From Pseudoalteromonas tetraodonis (GTDB lineage Bacteria > Pseudomonadota > Gammaproteobacteria > Enterobacterales > Alteromonadaceae), in the NCBI RefSeq assembly GCF_002310835.1, contig NZ_CP011041.1, forward strand, positions 180,001 through 212,000: a stretch of 32,000 nt of DNA. Reading direction: 5' to 3'. Made by a program: the position numbers and the translations under genes. Below, in pieces: positions 9,777-19,264 of the stretch. Each line of letters starts with the position of its first letter. Within the stretch, counting starts at the first letter, position 1. The notes under the pieces were generated by a model. It worked only from the letters and a program-made list of their open reading frames with translations, made no database searches and was not told where the DNA came from.

Positions 9777-9824
9777 AAAACCCCCTGACTGTTTAGTTAA
9801 TTAAAGATAGTTCAGTGAGGGGGT
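9777..9824 (-). terminator. Hairpin plus U-tract: terminator of the upstream MBL gene that also contains the BLUF Shine-Dalgarno
   Basis: The minus-strand RNA reads CCCCCUCACUG-(21 nt loop)-CAGUCAGGGGG-UUUU-AUG. Ten of 11 stem positions pair. The AUG is the BLUF start. Confidence 0.6.
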
Positions 9825-9864
9825 TATTACTAATTATGTAAACGTATTTTGCGTAAATGACTAA

Positions 9865-10956
9865 TTAAAGCTGGATGCTTTCACCTTCATTTAAAATATA
9901 CAGAGGTATCTTCGAGTTCATTTTTTTATGCATATGCAATAAGCGCAGTAGTGCAGAGTGGCTGCTGTGATCGCCCATCTTCCAACTTGAGTTACCATAG
10001 CCCCACGGTATCATTACTTTACAGTTAAGCGCTTGTGCTGCGGTTAATGCATCCTCAGGAGTGGTATGTACATAACGGTACCAGTTGCCGTTCTCTTTAT
10101 GGTAATAAGAGGCAATAGGCATTAAGCACACATCGATATCGCCATATTTTTGCTGTATATCGTTAAAGTGTTTTGAATAACCAGTGTCGCCTGCAAAAAA
10201 TAAAGTGCTGCCACTTTGCTCAAGTAACCAGCCATTCCATAGGTCTTTATTGTTATCTTCATAAATAAAAGGCACTAAAACACGACTACTAAAATGATGC
10301 GCAGGTAGCGCATGAATGGTTAAATCATCAATTTTAGTTTTTGCATACCATGCCATTTCACTAATGTTAAAGCCACCTGTTGGAAAGTTATCAGCCATAC
10401 CAAGGGGGGTTAGGTAGCGAGGCTGATTACCAATTTCTTCAATATCGGCTTTATTGAAATGATCGTAGTGAATGTGAGAATACATAACGGCGACTAAGTT
10501 TTTCAATTCATTGTCTGTGAGCCAGTCGCCAGGCTTGCGATAAAATCCTGAAGTAAGGCGAAAAGCTAAATCAATAGGCGAGTCAAATTGCTCTTTTACG
10601 GGATCAAACACAACTTGTTGGCCATTCGGGGTTTTGATCACAAAGCCTGCGTGTCCGAGCCAACGAATAGTAAAGCCCGCATTAACCTGCGGATTTTTTT
10701 GCTGACCTTGATATTGGCAGTTTTCAGCCTCTGTTTCACAAACTAAGTTATTGTTTTTTGGGTAGCAATCAGTTTCACAGCTAACAGGATAACTTTTTTT
10801 GCCTGGGTAGAGGTTGTGGTAGCGCCCAGCTTGCTCACCTTGTTGATGAAGTGGAATAACGGTATTAGGGCCAGCAATAACCTCAATATTATTCGCAGTG
10901 CTGCATGCAACGAGCACACTGGAGGCGATGATTAAGCTAAGTGTATGTATTTTCAT
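9865..10956 (-). CDS. MBL-fold metallo-hydrolase lipoprotein
   Basis: It has a lipobox (LVACS), a Cys-rich N-terminal segment, the metallo-beta-lactamase motif HIHYDHF and later GDTGY. Confidence 0.75.
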   Translation of the reverse strand: MKIHTLSLIIASSVLVACSTANNIEVIAGPNTVIPLHQQGEQAGRYHNLYPGKKSYPVSCETDCYPKNNNLVCETEAENCQYQGQQKNPQVNAGFTIRWLGHAGFVIKTPNGQQVVFDPVKEQFDSPIDLAFRLTSGFYRKPGDWLTDNELKNLVAVMYSHIHYDHFNKADIEEIGNQPRYLTPLGMADNFPTGGFNISEMAWYAKTKIDDLTIHALPAHHFSSRVLVPFIYEDNNKDLWNGWLLEQSGSTLFFAGDTGYSKHFNDIQQKYGDIDVCLMPIASYYHKENGNWYRYVHTTPEDALTAAQALNCKVMIPWGYGNSSWKMGDHSSHSALLRLLHMHKKMNSKIPLYILNEGESIQL

Positions 10957-11044
10957 AATTCATTTTTAGTTGTTATTTTTATCTTACTGAAAGTGTAACA
11001 AAAGCAGTTTGCTAAAAAAGGACAAAAAAGTAACAAAAAGTGTG

Positions 11045-11075
11045 TATAAAAAAGCCCGCTATTTTTAGCGGGCTC
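11045..11075 (-). terminator. Rho-independent terminator after the DUF2959 gene
   Basis: The minus strand reads AGCCCGCTA-AAAA-TAGCGGGCT followed by TTTTTT. Confidence 0.8.
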
Positions 11076-11094
11076 AGTTTAATAGGTTAAATAT

Positions 11095-11748
11095 TTAGGA
11101 TTTATTCATTTGCTCAATAAATTTATTTGAGTCTTCAATCGATTTGTTCATATCATTCATTAATAACTGAATATCGCGCTTTAAGTTAGTAAATTCACCT
11201 TTGATAGCCGCTACCGCTTGCGCATTTAAGTTATGCTTTAAGTACAATACGTTGTCTTTTAAAGATGATAATACCGGCTCCATTTTACTCTCGGCGCTGC
11301 GCATTGAGCGAAGTAACTGGTCGAATTGACGTTGTGTTGCTGCTAACTTTTTGCTGCTTTCACGCTTAAGTGAGGCACTTTTGTATTGCTCTAACTCATC
11401 ATTCCACTCATCAAATAAAGCTTCTGCTACGTCTTCAACTTTATTAATATTACTTGATACTTCGTTTGCCGCTTGAAGGCTTGACTCGTAATCGTCATTA
11501 AGTTGATTGTAAGCATCTTGCAACTCACCGCCATCAAAATTAATGAGTGTAGTTAAACGCTCAAGTGCTGATTGAAATTCTTGTTGAGACTCTTGTTGTG
11601 AGTCTTTTGTTTCTTCAACGCGGTCAATCAAAATATCACGCTTATGAACACCTACTTTTTCCATTGCCGAATAATAAGCAGACTGACAACCAGAGAGCAT
11701 CAGCATTAACGCAAGTATGGTTGTCCCTAAAAATGTTTGTTTTTTCAT
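11095..11748 (-). CDS. DUF2959 family lipoprotein
   Basis: The lipobox LSGCQSAYYSAMEKVGVHKRDILIDRVE matches the conserved N-terminus I associate with DUF2959. The remainder is coiled-coil-like. Confidence 0.65.
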   Translation of the reverse strand: MKKQTFLGTTILALMLMLSGCQSAYYSAMEKVGVHKRDILIDRVEETKDSQQESQQEFQSALERLTTLINFDGGELQDAYNQLNDDYESSLQAANEVSSNINKVEDVAEALFDEWNDELEQYKSASLKRESSKKLAATQRQFDQLLRSMRSAESKMEPVLSSLKDNVLYLKHNLNAQAVAAIKGEFTNLKRDIQLLMNDMNKSIEDSNKFIEQMNKS

Positions 11749-11834
11749 CTGAATTCTTATTTACGAGTGTTAATGCTGTAAATTATGGCCTTGATTGTTA
11801 TTATAATCAAAAGCTCACCAACAAAGTTAATTGT

Positions 11835-12716
11835 ATGAATGATAAGCTCTCCCATTATAAACAGCAAGTTAAGGCGTTTTTAAAACTGCAACCAGGCTGG
11901 TGGATGCAATATTTTAATCGCTGTATTGACGATCAAATAACCATTAATGCAGGGTATTTAGCGTACGTTACTTTACTTTCGTTAGTCCCACTTATTGCTG
12001 TAGGTGTGGCAATATTTTCTGCTTTTCCAGGGTTTGAGTCGACCCGTTTAGCCATTGAGAGCTTTTTGTTTACTAACTTTGTGCCGACCTCTTCTGGTGT
12101 TATTAAAGAGCATATTAGCTCGTTTGCTAGTAATGCCAATCAAATGACGGCAGTAGGTATTGGCTTTTTAGCAGCCATTGCCTTGCTACTTATTCGTAAT
12201 GTAGATGCCACGCTAAACCGTATTTGGCGAGTAAAGAAAAAACGCCCGATGATGATATCGTTTGCCGTATATTGGATGGTACTCAGCTTAGGGCCCGTAT
12301 TACTGGGCGCCAGTATCGGTGTCACCTCATATATTGTGTCGTTGGTATCGTTTGCCGATCAGGGGATCCCAGGGTTTAGTGGCTTCTTGTTAAAGCTACT
12401 CCCTTATGCGATTTCTATGGCTGGTTTTATTATGCTTTACACCTTAGTGCCCAATACTCGCGTTTCGTTTAAGGCGGCCGTTCCCGGTGCGCTATTTGCT
12501 GCCATGTTATTTGAGCTAACCAAAAAAGGCTTTGCTTTGTACATTAGCCATTTTCCATCATACGAAGTGATTTATGGTGCGGTAGCAACCATTCCCATTT
12601 TGTTTGTATGGGTTTACTTGTCGTGGGTCGTGGTGCTACTAGGCGCTGAATTCACTGTGTGTATTAACATGCAGCATTACAATAAAAAAGATCAACAAGC
12701 AGAGGATACAGAGTAA
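11835..12716 (+). CDS. yihY: YihY/BrkB family inner-membrane protein
   Basis: A family-typical N-terminus (INAGYLAYVTLLSLVPLIAV) is followed by 6 TM segments. The track ORF start at 11565 overlaps the DUF2959 gene. The ATG at 11835 gives a canonical 293-aa product. It lies upstream of dtd, as in E. coli. Confidence 0.85.
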   Translation: MNDKLSHYKQQVKAFLKLQPGWWMQYFNRCIDDQITINAGYLAYVTLLSLVPLIAVGVAIFSAFPGFESTRLAIESFLFTNFVPTSSGVIKEHISSFASNANQMTAVGIGFLAAIALLLIRNVDATLNRIWRVKKKRPMMISFAVYWMVLSLGPVLLGASIGVTSYIVSLVSFADQGIPGFSGFLLKLLPYAISMAGFIMLYTLVPNTRVSFKAAVPGALFAAMLFELTKKGFALYISHFPSYEVIYGAVATIPILFVWVYLSWVVVLLGAEFTVCINMQHYNKKDQQAEDTE

Positions 12717-13154
12717 ATGCAGGGATTAATTCAACGAGTAACACATGCTAATGTGGTGATAGACCAACAGCTTGTCGGTGAAATTAAACAAGGCATTTTA
12801 TTATTGCTGGGGGTGGAAAAAGAAGATGATGAAAGCAGCGCTGATAAACTATTACACAAAGTCACCAATTACCGTATTTTTAATGACGAAAACGATAAAA
12901 TGAATCTCAGCCTTAAAGACATACAAGGCGAACTGTTAGTCGTATCGCAATTTACGCTCGCAGCCAATACAAAAAAAGGCATGCGGCCTAGCTTTTCATC
13001 GGCAGCTACACCAGACCAAGCGCAAGCGCTATATAATTACTTTGTAGAGCAGGCTAAATTACTCGGTATTAAGGTCGCGACCGGTGAATTTGCAGCCGAT
13101 ATGCAGGTGAGTTTATGTAACGATGGGCCGGTTACCTTTAATTTAACCGCTTAA
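12717..13154 (+). CDS. dtd: D-aminoacyl-tRNA deacylase
   Basis: The 145-aa product carries MQGLIQRV...VSQFTL...G.RPSF and the C-terminal NDGPVTF motif. Its ATG abuts the yihY stop (TAAATG). Confidence 0.93.
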   Translation: MQGLIQRVTHANVVIDQQLVGEIKQGILLLLGVEKEDDESSADKLLHKVTNYRIFNDENDKMNLSLKDIQGELLVVSQFTLAANTKKGMRPSFSSAATPDQAQALYNYFVEQAKLLGIKVATGEFAADMQVSLCNDGPVTFNLTA

Positions 13155-13897
13155 CGTGCTTTTTCTACAATCACAATATGATTAACAAAGCCGGTAATTT
13201 TTTGAATACTAATAGCCTTCCCAAATACAGTCAGTAGTACATGTTGTAACTGAGTGAGTTGTGATGAGTGCTGCGATAAAAAGTTAATAAATAAGATGCC
13301 CTGTTGATCAAGTGCATCATAAATTGTTTGATAAAAGCATGAATCAAATAAAAATCGCGGGGCGTCTAATTCACTAAATAAATCTAAAATGACCCAGTCC
13401 ATATGCTCTGCTGATTTTAAAATTGTTTGCGCATCCTCGCAATGAATCTGTTGTTGTTCACTGGGGGCAAAAAATTGTTGATAACAGTCAATAATATGGG
13501 GGCTTTTCTCTACTGAAGTAACCTGCACTTGAGGATACTGTTCTAATAAGTAATTACGAATGGCACCGCCACCTAACCCCAGTTCGAGTACTTTTTTAGG
13601 CGCAGGTAGCTGTTGCCAAGCCGTTGCTAAATAAGCAAGGTGTGGAAACAGTAATGCATGTGGATGCGCTGTTAAAATAACAGACTGCAACGTGTTATTA
13701 ATGAGTAGCCAGCGAAGTTGTTGATACTCTCTTACTTGTATGTGCTCACCATGCTGATTATGCCAATAAAGTAACTGGCCTAGCGATGAACTATGCTCAA
13801 TAAAATGTTGGCTGATCAGGCCACTACTGCAATGGATATATTTATTCATGCTATTGAGCATAAACCAGCAGAGGTAAATCGCAACGGCTTTTGTCAT
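13151..13897 (-). CDS. Spermidine-synthase-like class I SAM-dependent methyltransferase-fold protein
   Basis: It has a Rossmann motif I ([11 protein letters not shown]) and an acidic loop (VTSVEKSP). The start is uncertain (M1, M13 or M17). It overlaps dtd convergently by 4 bp. Confidence 0.5.
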   Translation of the reverse strand: MTKAVAIYLCWFMLNSMNKYIHCSSGLISQHFIEHSSSLGQLLYWHNQHGEHIQVREYQQLRWLLINNTLQSVILTAHPHALLFPHLAYLATAWQQLPAPKKVLELGLGGGAIRNYLLEQYPQVQVTSVEKSPHIIDCYQQFFAPSEQQQIHCEDAQTILKSAEHMDWVILDLFSELDAPRFLFDSCFYQTIYDALDQQGILFINFLSQHSSQLTQLQHVLLTVFGKAISIQKITGFVNHIVIVEKAR

Positions 13898-14019
13898 TAA
13901 TTTTTTACAGCTGTTTTCTCAGCACCAAAGTCTTATTTGCAGTTTTATCCAGATCGAGTATGGTGTTTTTCACAAAATGCACAGCGTAATATTTTACATT
14001 TTTAATTTATGGAGTATGT

Positions 14020-14913
14020 ATGTTTCAAGTGAGCACCCCACAAAGTAGTGAAGACTGGCAAGCCTATTACCAATTACGCTGGCAGGTTTTACGTGCCCCA
14101 TGGGGCGAACCTCGGGGCTCTGAGCAAGACGATTTAGAGCAAGAGGCTGAGCATCGCTTCATTAAAAATAAAGCGGGTGAAGTATTGGGTGTGGCTCGTT
14201 TGCACTTTAATAATCAGCAACAAGCTCAAGTACGTTATATGGCGGTTGCAGAGGGTAATCGTAATCAACATATTGGTAGCCGCTTGTTACATGAACTCGA
14301 AAAAATAGCGTGGAATCAAGATGCTGATGAGTTAGTGTTGTTTGCTCGCGAACGTGCACTGGAATTTTATCAGCGCCATGGCTATGAAAATAAAGAAAAA
14401 GCACATTTGGCTTATGGTGATGTACAGCATTATAAAATGGTTAAGCTCAAACCGAGTGAACCAGGTTGGTTTCGCCACCCAAATTGGACTCAAGTACTGC
14501 AAAACACATGGCGTGAATCAATCCCCATTAGTGATGCAATGGGAATAAAAGTTGAAAGTTACACAGATTGGCAATTTACTACTCGTGCAGATTTAAATGC
14601 TAACTTAAATTTACACAACACTATGTTTGCAGGCTCTATTTATAGCCTAGCTACATTAACGGGTTGGGGTGCAACGTATTTAGCATTAAAAGAAGCCGGG
14701 CTTGAAGGGAATATCGTGTTAGCAGATGCCAACATTAAGTATTTAAAGCCACTGAATACTGACCCTAAGGGCTGTGTGAATATTCAAACCTGTAAAGGGA
14801 ACTTAAATGAGTTACAAGATGCGGGTAAAGCAAGTTACCTAGTGCCGGTAACCATTTTTGATGGTGACGAGGTGGTTGCTCAATTTGAAGGGCAGTTTGT
14901 GGTTAAAAAATAA
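14020..14913 (+). CDS. yiiD: Bifunctional GNAT acetyltransferase / hotdog thioesterase (YiiD/FabY family)
   Basis: An N-terminal GNAT core (RYMAVAEGNRNQHIGSRLL) is fused to a C-terminal YiiD_C-like thioesterase fold. The synteny yihY-dtd-yiiD matches E. coli. Confidence 0.8.
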   Translation: MFQVSTPQSSEDWQAYYQLRWQVLRAPWGEPRGSEQDDLEQEAEHRFIKNKAGEVLGVARLHFNNQQQAQVRYMAVAEGNRNQHIGSRLLHELEKIAWNQDADELVLFARERALEFYQRHGYENKEKAHLAYGDVQHYKMVKLKPSEPGWFRHPNWTQVLQNTWRESIPISDAMGIKVESYTDWQFTTRADLNANLNLHNTMFAGSIYSLATLTGWGATYLALKEAGLEGNIVLADANIKYLKPLNTDPKGCVNIQTCKGNLNELQDAGKASYLVPVTIFDGDEVVAQFEGQFVVKK

Positions 14914-14924
14914 TAAGAATAAAC

Positions 14925-14958
14925 GAAAAAGCCAAGCGAGTTGCTTGGCTTTTTTTTA
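14925..14958. terminator. Bidirectional intrinsic terminator between yiiD and pldA
   Basis: AAAAA-GCCAAGC-GAGTT-GCTTGGC-TTTTTTTT has A- and T-tracts on both sides and sits between convergent genes. Confidence 0.85.
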
Positions 14959-14967
14959 TAAGCATTT

Positions 14968-15999
14968 TTACAGTAAATCTGTCAGTAATATACCCACACC
15001 AAAGCGTTCAATATCGGTGTTATAGTCTATCAAGCTCTCGCCATAGCCATTAAAATATTGTGCGTAGCCGCGAACTCTTCCCCATAATGGGAATGACCAA
15101 TCAAGCTGAATTGCCCCGCGGTTATCTGAATTTAAATTATTGCGAGTCATAAAACTAAATTCATGATCGTGAAAGCGATACGCGCCACCAAATTCAAAGT
15201 AACCCATGTATTTATAGATATCAGGGTTATCGTCACCTCGTGCATCTAACGGCGCAGGCTTTTTGTTTTCAGGAATGCGATACCAAGGTTTAAAGCTAAA
15301 TACAAAGCCGTCTTTTTCCCAAATGAAATCGGCATAAATGCGATTCCAAGAACGCGAGTTTGGCTGACTACGACCATTAGATTGGTGCGAAATACCAATG
15401 GCTATTGCCATTTCATCGCCCCATAAAACGTTTTCAGGATCTAAGTAATTAATCCAAAATACTTCTGGCTCGTAGTTGGTTTCACGAAAAGGGGAAGAAA
15501 TATCGTCGTTATATACTTGCCAGTATGACTGCAAAGTAAAGCCAAAAAATATCGCCTGGTCTGAGTCAGCAAACTCATCATACAAAGGCACTTTAATTGA
15601 TAGCTGATATTTAGCTTCTAGGTTATCAAGTGGGTCGCCATCTTTTTTATCGGTTAACTCTGCAAATCCATCAAACGGGCGAGTGTTTGGGTTCGACATA
15701 TAAGAAACAGGTAAAATATAATTACGTTTATGCGGGGTAATTACATTACGATTTTTTTTACCAACCGCCTCACGGGCTTGGCGTTTGTCGATAGCCGTTA
15801 GCTGCTTGCTTTCTTCAACGGCAGAACACTTTTTACGTAATTGATCGAGGGTTTGCTTACCGTCTCCACCGATCACTTCATTTAAAATACATTGCTTTAC
15901 CAGCTCAAGTTCATTGTTTTGCTCGTTATTCGCTGTTTCTTCAGCGACAACGGTTGTGCTGAGTAATGTAGAAAGTAGTATCCAATGGCGCCAACTCAT
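14968..15999 (-). CDS. pldA: Outer-membrane phospholipase A
   Basis: It has a signal peptide, the FRETNYEPE motif and the catalytic HQSNGRS...SRSWNR block characteristic of OMPLA. Confidence 0.88.
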   Translation of the reverse strand: MSWRHWILLSTLLSTTVVAEETANNEQNNELELVKQCILNEVIGGDGKQTLDQLRKKCSAVEESKQLTAIDKRQAREAVGKKNRNVITPHKRNYILPVSYMSNPNTRPFDGFAELTDKKDGDPLDNLEAKYQLSIKVPLYDEFADSDQAIFFGFTLQSYWQVYNDDISSPFRETNYEPEVFWINYLDPENVLWGDEMAIAIGISHQSNGRSQPNSRSWNRIYADFIWEKDGFVFSFKPWYRIPENKKPAPLDARGDDNPDIYKYMGYFEFGGAYRFHDHEFSFMTRNNLNSDNRGAIQLDWSFPLWGRVRGYAQYFNGYGESLIDYNTDIERFGVGILLTDLL

Positions 16000-16094
16000 T
16001 ATAATTCCTTTGTAAGTGAGGGAAGTCAGTATTTTGCTAATTATAGCGCCTTTTTAACACATAAACGGTGAATTTTTCCTGAATTTTAATACTT

Positions 16095-16123
16095 TAAAAA
16101 GAAAAGCGACCTAAGTCGCTTTT
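16095..16123 (-). terminator. Rho-independent terminator ending the riboswitch-controlled operon
   Basis: The minus strand reads AAAAGCGAC-TTAG-GTCGCTTTT followed by CTTTTT, about 55 nt after the stop at 16177. Confidence 0.75.
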
Positions 16124-16176
16124 ACTGTGTAACTAGTTGTTTACTAGCTAACTCTCACGCAATGAGAAGGGGTGAG

Positions 16177-17298
16177 CTAAAGCTCAAAGACGTTAGTAAA
16201 AAATTTATACAGCTCGGTACCTTGATTCACACTCGCTGAGGCAAAATGCAATATCGCAATTGCATCGAGATCAAAGCTTAGAGTTTGCAGCGGTTGTTCG
16301 CTTAAATAGCGCTCCATGCGCAGTATTTTAGCAATGGGTTCTCCAGCTTTAACATGCCCGCCAAGAGGTGCTAGGTATTCGACCATGCCACCCATGGGGG
16401 CGTAATAAGCAATATAATCATTTAGTTGGCAGCCATATCTTGTCATCAATTTTGGCTTGTAGGGGGCATCAACAAATACTTGCTTATGATTTAAATAACT
16501 TAAAATACTATTGGCATCGTCTAGTGCCGCGCTTAAATCGATTTTTTCTTGGCTGCCAAGCTCTACCGTAAAGGCTTCAACTTGCACGTTAAATTCACGC
16601 CCTTGCTGAGCAAGTTGCTCACTAAGCTGCCACCATGGACAAAAGCTTGCTTCATCCATTGCGCCATCAAAGGCATTAGGAATAACCAGCACATGGGGAA
16701 TATTAAAGTAACGCGCGCTATCGGTCGCATACTCAGGGCAATATAAGTGCTGACTAGAAATAGGGCCGGTGTGTAAATCTAAAACTATATCTGCTTGATG
16801 CGCCAATTTTTGTAAGTTTAGCGCAATCCGTTTCCCCGTTGTTAAACGATAATCAGGGCCGTTGAGTTGTTGCTCAACGTCATTAATTAACGCGGCTTTA
16901 AAGGCTGTTTTCAGAATCTTATCATCGGCATCGCTGAACTGCTGTGCAAACTGGGTCGCCAGTTTATTATTGCAGTGATACATGCGATTCCAATTAGTCC
17001 CCGTAATGGGATCGAATCGGCCAAGGGTAAATTCCCCCGACTTTTGATTACAGCCAATGGGGTTAGCGTAAGGAACTAAGGTAATATCACCTTTTAAATT
17101 AAGTGTTTTTAGTTGCTCAAGTAATTGGTAAATTACCGCGTTGCCTTGCACTTCTGCGCCATGCATATTTGCTTGTACATACACACTTGGGCCGGTGCCA
17201 TCGCCTTTTAAACGATACACAGGAATAGTCAGTGGTAGTCCGTTTGCGACTTCGCCAACTACAATGTTTTCTTGGCTTATAGCTATGGTGTTATTCAT
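16177..17298 (-). CDS. Succinylglutamate desuccinylase/aspartoacylase (AstE/AspA) family zinc hydrolase
   Basis: Zn-ligand contexts typical of the family are present (NMHGAEVQGN and LDLHTGP). I prefer the start MNNTIAIS (17298), 5 nt after the upstream stop. The track start at 17346 would overlap the upstream gene by 43 nt. Confidence 0.8.
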   Translation of the reverse strand: MNNTIAISQENIVVGEVANGLPLTIPVYRLKGDGTGPSVYVQANMHGAEVQGNAVIYQLLEQLKTLNLKGDITLVPYANPIGCNQKSGEFTLGRFDPITGTNWNRMYHCNNKLATQFAQQFSDADDKILKTAFKAALINDVEQQLNGPDYRLTTGKRIALNLQKLAHQADIVLDLHTGPISSQHLYCPEYATDSARYFNIPHVLVIPNAFDGAMDEASFCPWWQLSEQLAQQGREFNVQVEAFTVELGSQEKIDLSAALDDANSILSYLNHKQVFVDAPYKPKLMTRYGCQLNDYIAYYAPMGGMVEYLAPLGGHVKAGEPIAKILRMERYLSEQPLQTLSFDLDAIAILHFASASVNQGTELYKFFTNVFEL

Positions 17299-17303
17299 CT
17301 TTT

Positions 17304-18509
17304 TTATCTCAAGTAGTGGCTTGCATCTTCTGCTTGTCGCACGCAACTCAATACGCCATTGTGGATAACATATTCACCGGCCAGCTCATGGCATAAAAAG
17401 TACGGCATACTTTCGGTAAAACCGTAGGCACCGCATTGACTAAATACTAGCCAGTCTTGCTCATTTAAATCACTGGGTAATTGGTGCTCTCCTAAGCAAT
17501 CAAGTGCAGTACATAAGGGGCCGTATAGGCTCATTGCTTGATTTGCTGCGTTTGAATCTCGTAATAAACGCGCAGGGAAATCTTGACTGGTGACCGCAGG
17601 GCGCAATAAATGATTAATGCCGCCGCTCATAATCACCTGTTGTTGGCCGTAATTTAGTTTACGCTCAACAACAGGTGTGGCGTAGTGGCCGCATTCGCCT
17701 ACAGCGTAGCGACCTAGTTCCATCCATAGCTCAGTAACCCCCGCATCGCATTTAATTTTTGCAAGCGCCTCTATGAGTGCATCCCAACTTAGAGTGGGCG
17801 TATCAAGCGTATAGGGAATACCTAAACCACCACCTAAATCCAGCACCTTGAGGTTAATATTTAAATCCTCAGCAAGTTGCCTTAACGGCGTAATCATTTG
17901 TGTCCACAGCTCAGCGAGTTTGTCGCTGCTAAGCATGTTGCCCCACTGAAAAATATGCAGACCGTCAAAATTAAGTGCACAGTAGTCACTGGTATTTAGC
18001 GCCTGCCACTCGTCGCACCCTAAGCCAAATGGAGTAAGACTATCGCCCCCTAGCGGGTTTTTATCACCCTCGGGCCAGCGTAATTGTACCCTTAATAAAA
18101 CCTGCAACTGGCACTGCTGAGCAATCGCTTGTTCGTTGAGCCAACGTACCTGATTGAGACTTTCGGCCACAAAGGTACGCACGCCACGCGCAATAAAGTG
18201 CTTAATTTGTTTAGGGCTTTTTGCAGGCCCCGTGTTGAGCACGCGTTCACTGTTAATTCCTTGAGCAAGGACTTGCTCAAGCTCGCCTTTACTGGCGACA
18301 TCAAAGTTAAAACCAGCGTTATTTAAGCGTTGGATCACGCTAGATAACGGGTTCGCTTTAACTGCATACCAGAGTTTTACCTCGGTTTGTGCCACTAAAC
18401 GCGTTAAATGTGTGTTTAGTGAATCAAGATCATAAACAAAAAAGGGCGTATCAAGCTCAGTTGCTAGCTTATCAATAGCGGTTTTAACGGGCGTGCTCAA
18501 AAAGGTCAT
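17304..18509 (-). CDS. PLP-dependent group IV decarboxylase, diaminopimelate-decarboxylase-like
   Basis: It has the PLP-lysine motif YAVKANP, then GGGLGIPY, ELGRY and GPLCT..D, which align by eye with E. coli LysA. Its start overlaps the dapD-like stop (ATGA-type coupling). Confidence 0.78.
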   Translation of the reverse strand: MTFLSTPVKTAIDKLATELDTPFFVYDLDSLNTHLTRLVAQTEVKLWYAVKANPLSSVIQRLNNAGFNFDVASKGELEQVLAQGINSERVLNTGPAKSPKQIKHFIARGVRTFVAESLNQVRWLNEQAIAQQCQLQVLLRVQLRWPEGDKNPLGGDSLTPFGLGCDEWQALNTSDYCALNFDGLHIFQWGNMLSSDKLAELWTQMITPLRQLAEDLNINLKVLDLGGGLGIPYTLDTPTLSWDALIEALAKIKCDAGVTELWMELGRYAVGECGHYATPVVERKLNYGQQQVIMSGGINHLLRPAVTSQDFPARLLRDSNAANQAMSLYGPLCTALDCLGEHQLPSDLNEQDWLVFSQCGAYGFTESMPYFLCHELAGEYVIHNGVLSCVRQAEDASHYLR

Positions 18510-19249
18510 TAACGTAAAACCTCTTCAAGCAATAATGACGCATCACTTTGCTCGTCACGGTATTTAACAATTAACGCACACGACATGCTTAAGCCTTGCT
18601 CGCGCGCCCAATCGTTTGACGCAGGGCGAGATCCAGGGATCACAATCGCGTATTCAGGGATTGCTTCGCCTTTATCAAGCTGGCGCTCATTTACGCAGTC
18701 ATAAACAGGGATGGTTGCAGATAAGCGAACACCTGGGGCAAGTACCGCGCCTTTTTTAACTACCACGCCTTCAACAATCACACAGCCTGCACCAATGAAT
18801 GCATCGTCTTCTATGACCACAGGGCTGGCACCAATGGGCTCAAGTACTCCGCCTAATTGTACCGCTGCGCTTAAATGCACATTTTTACCTACTTGAGCAC
18901 ACGACCCTACGAGCGCGTGGCTATCTACCATAGTGCCCTCGTCAATAAATGCACCAATATTTACGTACGCAGGTGGCATAATAATAGTGCCTTTGGCAAC
19001 ATGTGCACCACGGCGCACACTTGAACCACCGGGTACCATGCGAACGCCTGCTGTGGCTTCAAAGCTTTGCGGCGCTAAGTTATGTTTATCAACAAAACCG
19101 CCAGCAAACTCGGTGTTTTGACCGTTTTTAAAGGCTTCTAAAATGCCTTGCTTTACTTCTACGTTAGCGTGCCATTGGCCGTTTTCGTCTTGTGTTGCTG
19201 CGCGAACCGCGCCCGTTTCTAAATTATTTAATAGTTCTAACCAGTTCAT
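18509..19249 (-). CDS. dapD: Tetrahydrodipicolinate N-succinyl(acyl)transferase, DapD-like (short form)
   Basis: The block PPAYVNIGAFIDEGTMVDSHALVGSCAQVGKNVHLSAAVQLGGVLEP is near-identical to the E. coli DapD hexapeptide core. It lacks about 30 N-terminal residues relative to E. coli DapD. Confidence 0.82.
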   Translation of the reverse strand: MNWLELLNNLETGAVRAATQDENGQWHANVEVKQGILEAFKNGQNTEFAGGFVDKHNLAPQSFEATAGVRMVPGGSSVRRGAHVAKGTIIMPPAYVNIGAFIDEGTMVDSHALVGSCAQVGKNVHLSAAVQLGGVLEPIGASPVVIEDDAFIGAGCVIVEGVVVKKGAVLAPGVRLSATIPVYDCVNERQLDKGEAIPEYAIVIPGSRPASNDWAREQGLSMSCALIVKYRDEQSDASLLLEEVLR

Positions 19250-19264
19250 TATAAAAACCTGTAT

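Noticed and set aside
11565-11834. N-terminal 90-aa extension of the yihY ORF.
   Set aside because: The extension runs antisense through the 5' part of the DUF2959 gene and has no family resemblance. The ATG at 11835 yields the canonical YihY N-terminus.
17299-17346. Upstream start (MRATSRRCKPLLEIKK...) for the AstE/AspA-family gene.
   Set aside because: It would overlap the preceding decarboxylase gene by 43 nt in another frame. The downstream MNNTIAIS start gives a 5-nt intergenic gap typical of this tightly packed operon. This is not fully excluded.
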